A stretch of 64,000 nt of DNA from Perkinsus chesapeaki ATCC PRA-425 (taxonomy: Eukaryota; Protista; Perkinsozoa). Of this stretch, positions 60,943 to 64,000 are shown one piece after another; position 1 is the first letter of the stretch; each line of letters opens with the position of its first letter. The DNA is taken from NCBI GenBank assembly GCA_013115145.1, contig JAAPAO010000056.1:1-64000 (forward strand). Direction: 5' to 3'. Both the position numbers and the translations under genes were made by a program. Under the pieces are notes generated by a model. The model was given only the letters and a program-made list of their open reading frames with translations, had not been told where the DNA came from and did no database searches.

Positions 60943-63900
60943 ATGGACCAACAGTCCTGCAAGACATGCCCCGGTGAGGATATCCCCGATGAGAACAGCG
61001 TACGGGTTAGGGTACCGGCAACAACAGTGAAGACTGAAAATACGTGGCGGAAACGGAAAAATTTCACGCCCATGCGGGTAGGTATTTCCAATCCCACTCT
61101 GGCGAATTATTCTCGTCAGAGAGAGCAACCGTCGAAGCGTGGCAGAACGAGTCCTCGCAACAAGAGCAGTGGTAGCTGCTCACGCAACATGTGTTTCATT
61201 ACTCTCGTCATTCAGGCTCGCAATCGATCAGGAAATTCCTAGCACCGGTTTCGAAACCGAACAGCACCATAGGTGTAAGCCGCATTCTCAAGGGGTCACA
61301 CGTCGATTCGATTTCGATCAGACTGCCCCGAGCTCGCCGTCGATGGAGCTGGTGGAATTTCCGTGGACAGAATGCAGTGACAGTGCGGATGCCTCGGACT
61401 CCAAGAGCTCCGAGGATCTCGCTATATCAGCTCTGGAAGTCCAGAAGTATGTTGCCAAGATATCTTACTGGGATGAGTGAGTTGAATTTATCAGGTTACG
61501 CAGGGAGTTACTCGACTGCCAATCCTTCAATGAGAGTTTGATGAGCGAGCGAGAAAGGTATCACAGAAATCTGGGTATGGTCCCATAGTGTAACCAATAG
61601 GCATATAAAGGAAGTCAAAGAGTTTAAGGATACCCTCAAGCGTGCAGCAGCTAACATGCGGGAAATCCTCAAACATATGTCACAGTAGCCACAGTGAATG
61701 TTCGAGTCCTCCTAGATCACCAAGCTTGATGTCAGTACGATGCATTTGGAGAATAAGAAAGATCTGCAGCAGCAAGCTGAGCGTCTTGGGAAGCTCGTGC
61801 CATCAACGAGGAGGTGGGTGGTGCAACCCTCCGACTTGCCATCTCAGCCGCTGAGACCCAGCGTTCCACAGTCTGGCATTGCTCCTCGACGCTGCGGCCC
61901 GAAACTTTGCAGAGATTATTATCGAGTGCTTCCCTCAGTGCTACTGGCCACCACTGGAAGGGAGGTACGGAAGAAAAAAGCATTCTGGACGCACACAAAA
62001 GGCTGCAGTCGTTCAAGGCCCAGCTCGACGAGGAGAAAGCTCAATATAGAAAGTTAGTCAGCTGTTGACTTCGTCCCACAGAGATGAAACTCCTAGGCTA
62101 TTACGGATCCGTCGGGCCAGGGCAAATGCGGAGGGACAAGCCGGGCCGGAGTCTTCGACGTCTGTGTTCCAGGATGATGATACCAATACGAAGTTCCCTG
62201 GACCCTCGGATGTGAGTTACCACTCAACGAGATGTCGACAAAATCGATTGCGGTTGTTCTTGCCAAGAGTTGGTCTCCAGAAGATTTGGGATGTGCTGTT
62301 GAACCCAAAATGGAGATGTTCTATACGCAATCGTAACGATGTAGATTTTTCGAGCCCTTGACTGCCCAGGCTGCGAGCGCTTCTTTCTTTGACGATCCAC
62401 GGCTTCCCACTTTACCGATTGACAATTGTATTTTGACATTCCCCTGAGGGGCTTGCAGGAGGTTTCTATATGCATTCAGCTGATGCCCGCGGATGAGGCT
62501 GAATACCAAATACACGAGGCAAAGGAGAATATCCAAATGATGGAAATGACACTGAAGAAAGTGAGCCAAGCCGTGTCCCACTGCGGTGGCATGTGGAAAT
62601 CTCCGAGTAGACCGAGGCGGATCTGGTGGAGAGAGAAAATCGTCTGCATGCTGAGCGGACTCTCTTCAACAAGGAACTCAGAACTTGCAATTCCCACGAG
62701 CAGAGTGCATTCGGGAATTACCCGTGCCTAGGGAAGAGCACAGATGGACTACTTCCCGGGAGGTATGTCGACGCCTGGGGGTCTTGGTCAGGGCAAATTG
62801 GTAGGTACCAGCTTATGACCATGATTGGCAAGGGGGGCTTCTCGGAGGTGTTCAAAGCTTACGATTTGGAGACACACAGGTAGGGGGAAGCTCTTGGTGT
62901 TAAGTTGTATTATCCCTACTATTGTCTCCGTGTGAAGGTGATTCTGCGCGTAGTCCTGTCAACCCAGGCAAACACATTGGGTATTTCTATCAGAATGACG
63001 CTCTTCTAAGAGGGGCAACCGAATACTTTTTTGCCTCGCTGCGGTTGATTCTTTGTACTTTTATCGAGGCAACTTAGCAGACAAGGGTATAAATCACTTC
63101 TAAAACTTCAGCTCGCGCGAGCCGGCAAACGTCTTCTCGATTGTTCCCATTAATCCATTGCCCGCAGTTACGTCGCCGTGAAGATCCATCAGATCCGGCC
63201 TGACATGACTGAGATGGCTCGAGAAGCATACGTGAGACACACTTGGCGAGAGTGAGCACCGCGCTCCCTCTCGGCCTCGACTTCCATTCAGATACGGGAT
63301 CCACAAGCGACTTAAGCACCGGCGTATCATTCAGCTGTATGACTACTTCCCCATCGATTGTCATTCCTTCGGAACTGTGCTTGAGTGCGTATAGACTCGC
63401 TCAGGCTTAGTAAAGCTCTGCGGTTTCAGATTCTGTGAGGGAGTCGATCTTGACACTTACCTGAAGGCCCATGGTCCGATACCGGAGAAGGAAGCCCGAG
63501 GGATCATGGTCCAGGTCTTCAGCGGTCTCAAGTCAGCGAGGAGCCGACAGCCGGTGGCAGCCTTTGTGTGTAGATACATGAACAGTGGCGGCCATAAGAT
63601 AATACATTACGACCTGAAGCCCGGGAATCTAATGTGGGTCACCTTCGGTTGTAGTTAAAGGTCCATACACCCTTACGAAATATGGATGGGAGTCCCATCA
63701 TGGGACAAGTAGTACTGAGTGATAGGAAATAGATTCCAAATGGGAGAACTTCAAATGCATTGCCTCCTGGAAAATGAATTACCTGTTGACACTAGGCTAC
63801 AGGTACCACGAGGGGAACATCAAAATCACAGACTTTGGGTTATCGAAGCAAGTGGATCAACAGCAAAACCACGACACTGTCGAGCTCACATCTCTCGGCA

Positions 63901-64000
63901 CAGGAACGTAGCGATGGACCTTTACTGGCTTGGCGTCATCATCTAGATGATCAGTTATTGGTATCTTCCACCGGAGTGTTTCGACACGTCGGCTGCGAAG
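60943..64000 (+). CDS. TLK: Tousled-like Ser/Thr kinase (incomplete, runs off window)
   Basis: Coiled-coil N-terminal half, then [66 protein letters not shown] and GTGT|YWYLPPECF, which are diagnostic TLK motifs. Confidence 0.93.

Noticed and set aside
1-64000. CRISPR array, rRNA or prokaryotic operon-type system
   Set aside because: No regularly spaced direct repeats or rRNA-like sequence, and genes are spliceosomal-intron-containing eukaryotic genes throughout.

Overview
Intron-rich eukaryotic genomic DNA with mostly 40-90 nt GT-AG introns and at least one GC-AG intron. The gene style and families suggest an alveolate, most like Perkinsus; this is an inference and not a database result. 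No rRNA, convincing tRNA or CRISPR array was seen. From left to right the window holds: (1) six tandem small 3-exon genes sharing an RVxF-like 'HSISFADE/RHVRFADE...L-x-x-V-x-x-VExYK' module, candidate PP1 phosphatase-docking proteins (0.3-8.1 kb); (2) two tandem paralogous genes for voltage-gated-like cation channels with degenerate S4 segments, joined by a 191-bp gene-conversion tract, the second apparently lacking its last S6; (3) a hypothetical multi-exon gene; (4) an AAA ATPase gene carrying a decayed Rep/PIF1 Helitron in one 2.7-kb intron; (5) msrA; (6) a DENND4-like DENN-domain gene; (7) a gene-poor stretch with an intronless 8-Cys secreted peptide, a 445-aa low-complexity ORF and a decayed MULE transposase; (8) four tandem single-intron amino-acid transporter genes; (9) RPN13; (10) a pair of paralogous uncharacterised secreted proteins; (11) a Tousled-like kinase running off the right end. 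All exon models were assembled by eye and need RNA-seq confirmation.
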